From NCBI GenBank assembly GCA_036867785.1, contig CP145427.1, positions 62,001 to 126,000 on the forward strand: a stretch of 64,000 nt of DNA, read 5' to 3'. A program made the position numbers and the translations under genes. The stretch comes from Plasmodiophora brassicae (Eukaryota). Within the stretch, counting starts at the first letter, position 1. Each line of letters begins with the position of its first letter. The notes under the pieces are model-generated. The model did no database searches and was not told where the DNA came from. It saw only the letters and a program-made list of their open reading frames with translations. This document shows positions 33,025 through 44,370 of this stretch, in pieces.

Positions 33025-34257
33025 TCAGTGTAGAGGGCGATGGGAATTGGGGACGCAATCGTTCGACACGCACGGAACCCAGCGCTGAAGGTTCTTGCGG
33101 CGTTGGACGCGAGTCATTAAGGCCGCAAGATCTGAAAAGCCTCTCACAATGGCCAGCTGCTTCGCGTCCTCGAATCTACGCGTAGTGGTACGGAGCCCCG
33201 GTGTGGTGGCGAGTACCTCCGCGATATCCTCGAAGCCTCTGTCGACGGCCAGGTATAACGGGTAGTGAATGTTAACATCTGCCCCCGCGCGTACCAACAC
33301 TTGCACGACATCGCGATAGCCGTTCCTGACAGCATAGTACAGCGGCGTTTTCTTGGACCGCCCGCCAAAGTTGACGTCGACCGGCTCCATTGCGGTCAGC
33401 ACCTCGACGACATCATGGAGGTCGGGGTTGACGATGGCCCAGTACAGGGCCGATACGTCGTGCGGCGTCGCGTCGTCATGCGCCGGCGCCTCGTAAACCA
33501 GGCCGCCAGCACCAACCAGCGTTTCGACGATGTCACGATCCTGAGGGGTCTCGTTGGTCCGTAAACTGTCCAGCGCGATCTGCAGAGGTGTCACGACGGC
33601 GTCACCGAGCGCGTTCAAGTCAATGCCAGCGGCCATCGCGAGCACTCGGACCACGTCGGCATGTCGGAAGAGAGCGGCTAAGTGCAGAGGCGTACTGCCT
33701 TGCTCGTCTCGCGCATTGACGTCGATCCCTGGAGCGGTGAGCAACAACTCGACGATGGAGACATGACCCAGGGACGACGCCCAGTGCAGCGCCGTCCGCT
33801 GTAGCAAGGTTCCGCGCACCTCATTGACGAGGAGTCCCGGAACACTCACCAGGAACTCGACAACCTCTGTATACCCTCCGCGTGCGGCCCACTGCAGGAT
33901 CGTATGTCCACCTTCCCAGGCAGTTGCAAAGCTGGCGAACTTGGCAGTGCGGTATCCGTCACTGAGCTTGTGATGAAGCAGATTAACGGTGCGGATTTTT
34001 CGTTCGGTAAGCGCGGCTTCCCGGAGGCGAACGAGGCCAGGCGCGCTGTTAATCGCCCGCTCGAACTGTTCCCGATCAGTAAGCGTGGATCGCAGGTTGA
34101 CGAGGGCGGGCCAGCTGTTGACGGATCCACGAGTAGTAATCGTAACGGAGGCCGCGAAAGTAGGGAGCGTCACGGCAACCATGAGGAAAGCGGCGGCCAG
34201 GAACATGGGCGTCGCGGGCGCAGCACTCCTGGCTTGAACGCGATTGCTGATCGACAT
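33025..34257 (-). CDS. Secreted ankyrin-repeat protein (candidate effector)
   Basis: Hydrophobic leader MFLAAAFLMVAVTLPTFAA and about 7 ankyrin repeats (TALHWAS..GHVSIVELLL..DVNARD, TPLHLAA, TPLYYAV). Intronless. Confidence 0.88.
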   Translation of the reverse strand: MSISNRVQARSAAPATPMFLAAAFLMVAVTLPTFAASVTITTRGSVNSWPALVNLRSTLTDREQFERAINSAPGLVRLREAALTERKIRTVNLLHHKLSDGYRTAKFASFATAWEGGHTILQWAARGGYTEVVEFLVSVPGLLVNEVRGTLLQRTALHWASSLGHVSIVELLLTAPGIDVNARDEQGSTPLHLAALFRHADVVRVLAMAAGIDLNALGDAVVTPLQIALDSLRTNETPQDRDIVETLVGAGGLVYEAPAHDDATPHDVSALYWAIVNPDLHDVVEVLTAMEPVDVNFGGRSKKTPLYYAVRNGYRDVVQVLVRAGADVNIHYPLYLAVDRGFEDIAEVLATTPGLRTTTRRFEDAKQLAIVRGFSDLAALMTRVQRRKNLQRWVPCVSNDCVPNSHRPLH

Positions 34258-34913
34258 TGTACGTCGTTGATGCTGTGAGAGCCGGGTGGCACGCACGACT
34301 GCCAATTCGATATCGATCGACGTTGCCGGGGATGGTTCCGGAACCTGGACGTCCACAGCTGCCGGATTCGCGCCTTGATCGCTGGCCCACAATCACGCCA
34401 AATGCAAGTCTGCGCCCGCAGCCTGCGCAGGCAGTCTGGCTGGCCGTTGGGCACGGAGTCTCGGAGTCCGTAGATGCGCGGATTGTCCCGCAGCATTGTC
34501 CGCGCGCACTCAGAGTCCGGAGATGTGGCCGCACCAGTGACCAGTGCACCACTGTCCTGTGTCCGCCCGCAGTCCGCTCGGGCCGCGGTCTCGCGCTAAT
34601 ACCTGGCCCGCGGGATGAACTGCGGGGCTCGGGGGCTCGGGGCTGCCCCGGGGGGCAGACAGGTGGCAGAAGCACGTTGACATCCCCTCCTTATGTCTAC
34701 AGCTGCGTCATCTGCTTGCGATTCATCCCCAGCCCCATGTTGGCGCCCGCGCGCCATCACCGTACCGAGACAGCGGTGCCATTCGGGCGTATCCGTCCAG
34801 AACGTCTGCGGGCGGTCAGCGCCAGGGTGGCGGCACAAGTTGCCCGCGTTGTCGCCCGGCCGCATGGCGTCGGCGCGCGCTGTCAGCAATGGCCCGGAGC
34901 CCGTCCTGCCCAC

Positions 34914-35366
34914 TCAGGTTGTATTGATCGGCGTCCGGCAGGTCGGGCAGCTGGGTCGGTGCAGGACCCAGGTATCGGCGCAGGCCGCGCAGAACCGGTG
35001 CAGGCACGGGAACGCTTTCAGCTGTGCCCCCATGACGAACTCCGACAGGCAGATCGGACACTGGTCGTCCCCGTCGTGCTTCGTGTCGTACTGGACCGTC
35101 GCCAAACTGCCGAGAAGCCTATCGGTGGCCCGCGTTCTCGGGCGACATGTTAGGCGATCCACTGTGATCGGTCGCGACATTGGCGACGACGATCGCGACC
35201 GTGTCAGGGCGTTCTCGCGAAGCACGAGGTATCGCGGCGCGCGCCCTCGCGACTCCGGATGGAACACGATGACGTTGTCACCTGTCGTTTCCAGGACGGC
35301 GTTTGTCGCTGCGCTTCGTAGTCGGGCCTTGACGTTACACGGAAGGGCACGAGGTTCCCGAGGCAT
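34914..35366 (-). CDS. RING-finger protein (putative E3 ubiquitin ligase)
   Basis: CPICLSEF..LKAFPCLHRFCAACADTWV...SCPTCRTPI at the C-terminus. Confidence 0.85.
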   Translation of the reverse strand: MPREPRALPCNVKARLRSAATNAVLETTGDNVIVFHPESRGRAPRYLVLRENALTRSRSSSPMSRPITVDRLTCRPRTRATDRLLGSLATVQYDTKHDGDDQCPICLSEFVMGAQLKAFPCLHRFCAACADTWVLHRPSCPTCRTPINTT

Positions 35367-35477
35367 AGTTGTGTGTGTCTGGCCTGGCACTGGGGCGACA
35401 GTTTCGCCGTTAAACGTCAGTGATGGATCGTGACCCGGACGCAGCGCGTAACGTCACGGCGCGTGGTACGGTCGAGA

Positions 35478-36495
35478 ATGTGTACCCAGGCGAACGCCAG
35501 CGATAACGGGTATAGAATGCTGATCGAGCGTCCGCCGGCGTCGTCGGCGCTGGGGGAGCACAACGACAATGAGATCTTGGCGATCATCCTGGGTGGGACC
35601 GTGCTAGCGACGCTGTCCGGGTTTGTGAACGCGGTCAGCGTCTCCGGGACGTTCAGCGTCGGCGTGTCGCACGTGACCGGGTCGGTGACGCGCATGGGCG
35701 TCTCGTCCGTATCAGGCAGGTTCGACGAGTTCTGGGAGTTCACGGGGCTCGTCCTGGTGTTCATGTTCGGGGCGTTCGTCTCCGGGTGCATCATCCGGGA
35801 CCGGGCGTTCGCCCTAGGGCGGTCCTACGGCGTCGTCCTCATTATCGAGGCCATCGTGCTCATCATCGCGGCCATCGTCTACGAACGGCTCAAGTCGTTC
35901 GTCTCGGAGTACTTCATGGCGTTCGCTTGCGGCCTTCAGAACGCGATGACGACGTCGTACAGCGGTGCGGTGCTTCGCACCACGCACCTGAGCGTACGAC
36001 CGCGTATCGTGTCGATCCTCCGTTGGTTGTTAAGCAGGTTCCCACCAGGGCCTCGTCACCGACATCGGGTCGATAACGGCGCAGTGGGTGTTGGACGGCA
36101 AGGCGTCGAAAGACAAGTGGAAGCTCCAGATCTTCGTTCCGCTGCTGCTCGGATTCCTGGTCGGCACGTTCTGCGGTTCGTACGCGCACAGCATGCTGGG
36201 TGCGTACGCGCTCTGGATCCCTAGCGCGTTGTTTCTGTTCGCCGCGTTAGCCTACATGACGAACCCGTACGTTCGCAGCGCTCGCGTCGCTATGAAGCGA
36301 GAAGCGGAACGTAAGCTCGGGGACCTATGGAACGCGTTCGGCGAGCGACGCGCGCTGATCCCGACACTGCACGCTGGAGCCGTCCCGACGGAGCTCCAGC
36401 TCGTGTCCGTCCAGGACCAGACCGATAATCGGCCCGTCGTCAGCTCAGCTGAACGCGACCTGAATAGCAACTCGAATAATTCGGAAGGCGAGTGA
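35478..36495 (+). CDS. DUF1275/YoaK-family multi-pass membrane protein (2 exons)
   Basis: LSGFVNAV, VSHVTGSVT, FMFGAFVSG, AFACGLQNA, VLRTTHL/GLVTDIG. Intron ~35993-36048. Start is 35478 or 35517. Confidence 0.88.
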
Positions 36496-36836
36496 CGAAC
36501 GATCAAGACGGGACATCCAGCCGGCCAACCTTTACGACTAATACAGGGCCGTCTGGCCAACGTTACTGGTCACGAAGCGCTCCTGTGTCTGCAACATGGA
36601 TTCGCCGCAGGGCCGTTGCCGACGGATATAGGCGCTGTGGCGATGGCGTGCGATTCGCAGTGGAGTTGATCCGCGTTGGGTGCAACCCCCTGCACGTTAC
36701 GGGCCCGATCACGCCACGTGGGATTGGTCGCTCTGGCAGCGGTCCTGTGTTACATGCGCCGGACTGACGCGGCCTTCGGACGGCGGCGTCCTTGTTGCTC
36801 ATGATGAACGTGCCGTGAGGCGGGAGCATTTTATCG

Positions 36837-37214
36837 ATGGACCCGTTCGTTCGCATCGTCGGGGTCGTCGTCTTCCTGTCAATAGCTGTTGCGGCGGCCA
36901 GGATGGTGTGGAAGGTGCTGAGGAGGCGGAAACAGCTGATATCCATCGAGAAAGGTTCGTCGGCGTCCTGGATCGATATCCGCCGCGGGTGTTTCGTTCT
37001 CAGATGGGCGTATTTGTCAGAATATGCGACCCTGCGGGAGCAGCGGGACGAGATCCAGTTCCACATCGACTGGGCACTGAGCGCGTCCGAGCGCGTCCAA
37101 GCGGCCCGGCTCCTCGACGAGCGCAGGAAAATCGATAAGCGCCTGCACGGCATCCAACGAAAGTACACTTCGGTCCGAGACGCGGAACGGTCGAGCCCCA
37201 AGAAGCAGTTCTAA
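36837..37214 (+). CDS. Small protein with N-terminal TM helix and coiled coil; function unknown
   Basis: IVGVVVFLSIAVAAA followed by a helical charged region. Probable in-frame intron ~36955-37020. Confidence 0.6.
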   Translation: MDPFVRIVGVVVFLSIAVAAARMVWKVLRRRKQLISIEKGSSASWIDIRRGCFVLRWAYLSEYATLREQRDEIQFHIDWALSASERVQAARLLDERRKIDKRLHGIQRKYTSVRDAERSSPKKQF

Positions 37215-37482
37215 TAAACGTGATACAACCGTTACGTCGGAACCGATGACGTCGTGTGCCGGCTTTGTTGGCAATCTGGGTTGGTTGCCCGGGCGAGGCC
37301 ACATCCACGAGTGAGTGTGGAGGAAACCGGCGGCACGTACGGTGTCTGGCGGCGCCAGTGCTTGAAGGCGTCCGCACGGGTCTATTTTCGGAAGTCGGTG
37401 ACAGCGGGCGATCCCAAGGTGCGGGTCACCCGCATGACCGCGCTGGTTGACGTCGAATTCGGTATCGTGCGTCGCATCGACA

Positions 37483-39624
37483 ATGTGTAATGGCCGTGGT
37501 GGTGGGGGTGGTGATGATGATGGTGGCGGGGTGGGCGTGGAGTCGGCGGCGGCCGTCGAGGTCGTCGGGTCGCAACTGGCGATGCCGGTGACGTTCGCGT
37601 ATGGGCACAAGACCGTCATGCTGGTCGCCAAAGCGATCCGGATCTGCGTCGACATCCCGCTGCTGGTGCTGGTGACGCGTGCCGCGTTCATCATGGAGCG
37701 TCCGGACGTCGCCGCATCGGACCACGAACGGGAGATCCCGCACCGCCTCCTGCTGCTGTTCGCCGTCCTGTTCGACCTCGTCTACGCCGTCATGCTCGTT
37801 AATCAGATTGCTGCGCTCGTCGCCGTCCTGTCCCTACGGTTCCTGCATCGTCACCCGCGTCGGCGCCTGCAGGGCCCCCTGGTCATGGACCGGTTCCTCA
37901 CGATGCTGCTCGTCGTTGCCGCCAGCCTTGCCACCATTATGTACGCCGGCATCGTCAACGACGAAGGCCCAAAGGAATCGCAGGTCCGCCATCACGTACG
38001 CGTCTACCTGATCCTGACCTGGACCATCGTCGCCCTGCGCATCGCCTGCTACGCGATCTCCATGTCCAGGATCTCATGGGCCATCTGGCGAATAGGTCAG
38101 GCGGCCCGGGCCGCTGGATGCTCTGCTGCGCACACTGACCGCGATCGCCAGTGCTGATCATCGTCAAGGGGCGCGCGGCGTCCGACTCCGAGATCGAACT
38201 GGATCACGTCCTCGACGTCGTCACGACGGCGTTCGGGCACATGTCGCACCTGCATGCGGGCATTGTGCACGACCTGCTGCACGTCGTGGAAGCGTACCAG
38301 AAGCACCGCATGTCACAGCTCGTCGCCGTGTCATCCACACCCGAGTCAGGGCGGTTGTTGCTGTCTGTCTCACGCGGTCGTACTGATCGTATGCGACACT
38401 AGGCCACCTCCGCCGGACGTTATCTATTCCGATGACGAACTCCCCGTCCTTCGGGAAGCGGACCGTATCTTCAACGTGGCGCTGTCGTCATATGGTTCGT
38501 CGCGATTCGGAACTCGCACGCGATGCGGGTTACTGACAGAACGTGCAGGTTCCTGGATGGTTGCCTACTACCAGCCGAAGGAGTTACGCCGGGCGTTATG
38601 CAAGGGCGCGTCGCCTATGTGCTGTTACCCAGGCGCCGAAGAGGCACGTCACGAACGCGTCTTCGAGCTGCTGAGTTCCATTCCGTCAAAGTGCATCCTC
38701 GCCTCCAACCTGACGTCGTCTGTCTGTAAGTGAACGCGGGCCCCCCTTTCCCTGGTCGGCGCCGCCGTGTCTCATCGCGGCACCTATCGTGTAGGTTTCC
38801 CCGCGTTCGTTTGCGCGTTTGACGAGCGACACAAGGAACTGGTGGTCACCGTCAGCGGGTCCATATCGCTCGCCGACTACCTGACCGACGTCCATGCGCA
38901 CGTTCGGGAGGCGGGCGCTCCGTTCCCGGCCGGCTCCTACGCGCACCACGGCTTCCTGCAGAGCGCCCGAAACATCGCGCGGTGTCTTCGAGCGAGCCCC
39001 GCCCTCCTGGACTTCCTGGCCACTGCCCAGGGCTACAAGATGATCGTAACGGGGCATAGCCTGGGCGGGGCTACCGCCTCGCTGCTGGCGTTGCTCCTCG
39101 AGGCGGAACCGCTGCCGTCACAGCCGCCGCTGTTCTGCTATTCGTTCTCGTGCCCGCCGATCGCCTGCCAGGACATCTGCAAGATGGCCAGCCCGCGCAT
39201 GTACCAGATCGCGGTGGACGACGACTTCCTGGCCCGCATGAGCCTGATCAGCCTGTACCGACTGCTGGCGCAGATGAACGTCCTGCACAAGACGTTCCTG
39301 GAGTGGGACCGCAGGAAGCACGTGACGCGGCAATGGGCAGGCAAAGTGTCGATCCAGAGCATGCTGCACGACTTTGTCGGCCATCTCGACTACGACGTCG
39401 TGGAAGCGCAGATCAACCGGACCATGCTCAGCATGCTGGACAAGGAGAAGCATCGGCCGCTGCACAGCCCCGGGCGTCTGATCCGGCTGGGGCATGACCC
39501 GCGCGTGGACCGCACCCTGCACGAGGGCGAGATCATCGTCACGCCCACCATGTTCCTGCATCATATTCCACGCGCCGTCGCGCATTACGTCCGCCTGGCC
39601 GTGGAGCCCACACCTGAGGCCTGA
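37483..39624 (+). CDS. Class 3 lipase with N-terminal 4-TM region (diacylglycerol lipase-like), multi-exon
   Basis: Four hydrophobic helices in ORF 37447-38157. Lipase_3 motifs VVTVSGSISLADYLTD, AHHGFLQSA, TGHSLGGA and DDFLARMS, with a C-terminal His (MFLHHIP). Confidence 0.88.
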
Positions 39625-39831
39625 CTTACGTCAGTCAGGTCCACCGTATGCTATAGGCTAATTATTCTATACAACTGCTTCAAAGCATTGGGCGGCTGTA
39701 TGCCGTTGAACCTACGTACGCGGGGGGTTTCCCGCCGATTCGTCGCTGGTTCCAGACATGCCTATTTTTGGCCACGGACTTCTGCCGTGCCGGTGACGGC
39801 GCAGGCAGACGCGCCTGCAGTCGTGCGAAGC

Positions 39832-40717
39832 ATGGTGTCGTGGCAGGTCGTCGCGTTCTGGGCCAGTACAATGGCCGCGGTTGCGCGTTCGCTGTCGATC
39901 AGCGGACGCGGCCGGTGCCCGACTATCGACGGGGTCGGTGACGATCCGTCCGCGCCGGGGCACGTTTCGCAGCAGAAGTGTTCGTCCGTCGGGCTGTCCG
40001 CGTGCGGCAGCGTCTGACGGGTCTGGTGCAGGTTTCGTGGATGCGATCTCGCTGGACGTATTCGAGTGTCCTGTCGTTGCCAGTGATGGGAACACGTACT
40101 CCTGGTCGGGGCTTAAGCAGTGGTGCGCGGGCGCCAGTCGAGGGCCGTGCAGATCGCCGATCGACACGAACGGGCCGAACCTATCCGAGATCGTGTTCCC
40201 GAACAGCGATCTGGCCGATATCATGTCCCAGTGGCAAGCGTCCATCTACCCAGCGCTCCTGCGCGGTGAGGTCCCCGAAGCGATTCAGAAATGGCGGTCC
40301 CCGCCGGTGCTGATGGTCGACCTGCATGGGAGGTCCCTGAAGACGGGCACGGAGCCCAGGGCGCCAAACAGGCACCTCTACCCGAACCGGGCGCTGTCGT
40401 GCATCGTGCAGCGTGCCGTGGCCATCGCGGAACAGAATAACCGCCTGGACCCGAAGTCGCTGCGGGTGATGATGTGGGCGCTGATTGCATCGGGAATCGT
40501 TATCGTCGTTCTGTTCGTCGCCGTTGCCGTTTGCGTCCTCCGACGACGGCTCGCGAGTCGACCGCCGAAATACGCGGACCTGGTCAGCAACCAGCCGCCC
40601 AGTTACCAGGACCTGGTCCCTGAACATGTGCCCGAAGTCGTTCAGGAGCAGGCGGATGGTGCCGTCCGGCCAGCAAGTAGCGAAGTCGCCCACCAGGACC
40701 GTCGGCGAAGTGTGTGA
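39832..40717 (+). CDS. Signal peptide + U-box-like domain + TM + PPxY-tail protein
   Basis: Leader MVSWQVVAFWASTMAAVARS. U-box-like FVDAISLDVFECPVVASDGNTYSWSGLKQW..SPID..IVFPNSDL. TM WALIASGIVIVVLFVAVAVCVL. Tail contains PPKY and PPSY. Confidence 0.7.
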
Positions 40718-41120
40718 TAGAGGAACGCTTAATGTGTCACTGCTGCACGCTGTGTGGAGTCTGGTGTGTGGATCGTGCGCATCTAACAACGTCCGTTGTT
40801 CATATCGGGTTGGGATTTCCTCAGTACGACCATGCGGTTGACAGGGGGATCGGCCTTCCGTCGATGAAATTCGCATCCATTTCGGTCCAATCATGCGGCA
40901 AAGCCGATATCACGCTCAGCGCTGTGCCTGCGCCAATCGAGGAAGTAGCCGTGCTTTATTTACATAGCGTTACGGTTCACAGTGCAACGCTTGCCGCCCA
41001 GCACGCTCGCCAACGACGACGCCCTCGGCAGGAACGATTAACCGTGAGACCAGGAGGGCAGCCACACGAGGTCAGACATGTCCAGTCGCTGGCATAGTGT
41101 ACGATATTGTGGCACAGTCG

Positions 41121-41737
41121 CTATTCGTCAATAGGGCTGCTAGGATGATCAGCCCGGCTCGTCATTTGCAGGCTGGCCTCTCCTTGTGCAGGGACGACAC
41201 TAGAGAGCGCGAGTACCGCCCTGTCGCAATCCATTAACGATATCGTTGAAATTCTGCTGGACTTGCCGCCGAGGATGACCGCCTGCATCTCTTCTTTGTA
41301 CGACAGCCCTTGCAAACGTCGAACTTTCAGGTACACACGACAATCGGCACTGTACTTGACCAGGTACATCAATAATGCCATCGCCTTGACATTTGGAAAA
41401 GGCGCCTGCGTGAAAAGCGCGAAACCCAAATAAGCTTGACATTTGCTGACAAACCCTTGACGTCGTCAGCTTTCTTGACGACCCAGCCGTCGGCTCGTTT
41501 GATGAGCGCCGCCACCGTCCGCTGCCCCTGCAGGTGGCGAACGAACAGTTTCGGCTGGCGGGCATTGATCGCCCTGTTCCCGGCCACAGTGAACGACACG
41601 GTAGGCGCTGTATAGCAGAAGGTGAATGGCGCCACAGCCTGATAGGCGTGTATACCCGTTACCTGCATACGCAGCCAGCGGGTCCCGACCGGCCGCGGGG
41701 TGTCTCCGTCGCCACCACTTCGATATAGTTCGCGTTA
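41121..41737 (-). pseudogene. Frameshifted gene fragment of an unknown local family (copy A)
   Basis: ANYIEVVATETP..DPLAAYA/intron/APTVSFTVAGNRAINARQPKLFVRHLQGQRTVAALIKRADGWVV, continuing after a frameshift near 41428 into GFALFTQAPFPNV. Homologous to copies at 41807 and 42223. Confidence 0.6.
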
Positions 41738-42003
41738 GCACGGTTGTCGTGTACGTACGGGCACGGGCTTTCAGATTCACGACAGCCGTGCGACGATCGC
41801 GTTCCATAACGCGAACTATATCGAAGTGGTGGCGACGGAGACACCGACGGCAGGTCGGGACCCCCTGGCTGCGTATGCAGGTAACCGGTATACACGCCTA
41901 TCAGGCTCCTACATTCACCTTCCGCTGTGCAGCGCCCGCCGTGTCGTTCACGGCGGGGAACAGGGCGATCACGGCGCACCAGCCGAAACTGTTCGTTTGC
42001 CAC
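41534..42003. repeat. Long inverted repeat (arms ~200 bp, 69-bp spacer)
   Basis: 41534-41737 is the reverse complement of 41807-42003. The innermost 39 bp (TAACGCGAACTATATCGAAGTGGTGGCGACGGAGACACC) match perfectly and the outer parts are diverged. Confidence 0.95.
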
Positions 42004-42222
42004 TGTGGCGCTGTCCACGACCCCCGACTACGGCTACTACCTGACCACGTAGCGCGCGCCGCGTCAGGCCGTAGACAAAGGCCCTGAACGAGCACGTGTC
42101 TTCCCAGCACTAGCCCCAAATCGCGACCCGGCTCCGTCAGGCGGCGGACGTCATTCTGCATAGATCGTCGCTGTCCAGCGTTGACGTCGTTCACGATTGG
42201 TCTGTAAACCACCCGCAGTTAG

Positions 42223-42534
42223 TCACCCTGGGTCGGTCATCACACCTTCAGCGGCTTGGTTTACTACCCAGCCGTCGTCTCGCTTAATCAGATCCGCTAC
42301 CGTTCGTTCCGGATGCAGCTGACGAGCGTAAAGTTTCAGCCGGTGGACGTTGTTCGTCCTGTTCGCGGCCGCGATGAACGTCACGGTCGGCGCTGCACAG
42401 CAGAAGGTAAATGCAAGAACTCGCTTATAGCCGTGTATTATACCGTTCCCTGCGTATGCAGCCAGCTGGTCCTGGCCCGCCGCGGGTGTCCCGGTCGGCA
42501 CTGTTTCGACGTAATTGGTGTTCTGGAACGACAC
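42223..42534 (-). pseudogene. Diverged third copy (copy C) of the 41.1-41.7 kb gene fragment
   Basis: TNYVETVPTGTPAAGQDQLAAYA..APTVTFIAAANRTNNVHRLKLYARQLHPERTVADLIKRDDGWVV aligns with copy A, including the intron position. Confidence 0.7.
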
Positions 42535-43104
42535 GGTTGCCCGGCCGGATATGTCTCAACAACGACATGTACGTGTTCAGTTGTTCGCGCGGCGCGCCGC
42601 CCAGCATGGCTTCGGAGCTGCTCGACTGCACTCGACGTCGCCTGCATGGGAACGGCGATACTGCTGGCGACGATAGGCGTCACCGGGTATGCCGACGTCG
42701 CAAAGAATACTACTCTGTTTAACCAGCATAGGACCCGCGGCCTGTGCTCTGGATCCAACCATCACCACGATCGCGAACTTGGTTGTCCTTGACAACAACG
42801 TGGGCAACCGAATTAGAAGGCACGACACCGGTGCAGAAACGCTCTGAGCGTACCGGGAACGCGCGACGTAACAGGCAACGCGATGGCTGCCAGGACGAAG
42901 AGGTGTCTGGGCCGGGCACGACATGTCTGCCAAGCAGGCTAGAGCGCCGATAAGCACGGTTGTGCCCGCAGGTGTGCTAACCGGCCCCCGCCGATGCCCC
43001 CTGCGGCGGTTAGATGCAAGAGTCGCGACGCCAACGGCCGAACGGGACCATACTTCGGCCTCATCCTTCTGCAATGGGTCGTCACGCTTGACCCCCGACA
43101 GGAG

Positions 43105-43212
43105 CATACCGATGGTGGTGCCGTTCCAGCAAGCAGCGAGGTCGCCGTCCAGGAGCGCCGACGAAGTGTGCGATAGAGGAACTCTTAATGTATCACTGCT
43201 GTACGTCGTGTG
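43105..43212 (+). repeat. Duplicated 3' end (last codons, stop region and 3' UTR) of the U-box-like gene
   Basis: CCAGCAAGCAGCGAGGTCGCCGTCCAGGAGCGCCGACGAAGTGTGCGATAGAGGAACTCTTAATGTATCACTGCTG closely matches 40670-40747. Confidence 0.9.
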
Positions 43213-43223
43213 TTGCGAGCACG

Positions 43224-43986
43224 TTAGGTGGCCGGGTGCGGGGCGGGCGAATGAGACCCGGGACGGGACACCACGGCGCCATCGTGAGACGACGTCAGGT
43301 CCAGCCCGATGACCTTGACCCGCAGCAGGAATCGCCCGTCGGCCAGACGTTCCATGCGGTCCAATGCGATCGGCTCCGTCCACTGGCAGAACAGCCCGAC
43401 GGCCTAGACCGAAAACGGCATCGTCAGCTGACAATGGCCAGCGACGGACGACGGCGTACCTCGTCGTAGAGGTTCAGGTGGTGGCTGGTCAGCGATTCGA
43501 CCGGCAGCGTGCAGACCGACTTGACGTACTCGCAGGCGACCTGCGGCGACACTGACGTCGTACCACAGATCAGAACGGGGGGACACCGCAGCGATCGGCG
43601 TACGTACATGGCTGGGAGCGTGGCCATCGTAGCGGCTGAAGGCCCTGGCCGGAGAACCCTTCCGCCGTCAGCACGATGACGACGGACACGCGTTCGCCGG
43701 CGTCGTCGGCCGGGCGGGCGCGTTTCGACTCGGGCGGGGCGCCAGGCGTCGACGACGCCATGCGTTTGGCGTTCGGCAGGTCGCGGTTCGCCCTGATGTC
43801 GTCGTAGAAGAACGTCAGCATGGCGTCGACGACGGCCTGGTGCAGCTGGCGGCCGGTCGGCGACGCCGGGTCCCAGTCGCCGCTGCGCAGGACCTCGGGC
43901 CGGCAGCTGTCGACCAGGCGCCTGCGCACGCGCTCCATCAACGCGGCCAGCGCCGACGACGCGGACGCCGTCCCGTCCCGACGCAT
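43224..43986 (-). CDS. Hypothetical protein, multi-exon
   Basis: Protein-like, high-GC3 segments (LHQAVVDAMLTFFYDDIRAN; VACEYVKSVCTLPVESL..LNLYDE; QWTEPIALDRMERL) separated by short GT-AG introns. Confidence 0.5.
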
Positions 43987-44370
43987 GATCCCCGGACCTC
44001 GTTCGCTTAAATGGCCGCTCTCGGAAGACGGATAATCGCGACGTCATCCCCAAACGCAGAACGACTCGTTGAGCGCGTTGTCTGCTGCAGTTGGCCTGTT
44101 ACCAGTCCAACGATTCAGGTCGGGGTGTGCCAGCCACCAGCCAGCCAGTGCCGCCCTCAGGTGGCGCCGGCGTCATCGTCCTGCAACGAATCCGGCAGGG
44201 CGAACTCGCGCGGCCCAGTGGCGGACTGCGTGTGCAGTGCGGGTGACGCACTGCGCGCATCGGCCGGAAATAGACGACGGACACCGACTGCCGCTGCCAC
44301 ACCTGTCGGAGGCGCGCAGCCAGCCACCAGGCGGCTGCCCACCCGCGTCATCTCCAACCCGCTTCGTAAC

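Noticed and set aside
44011-44370. 120-aa extension upstream of the large ankyrin gene
   Set aside because: The sequence looks like promoter or UTR, and a clear signal peptide starts at ATG 44371.
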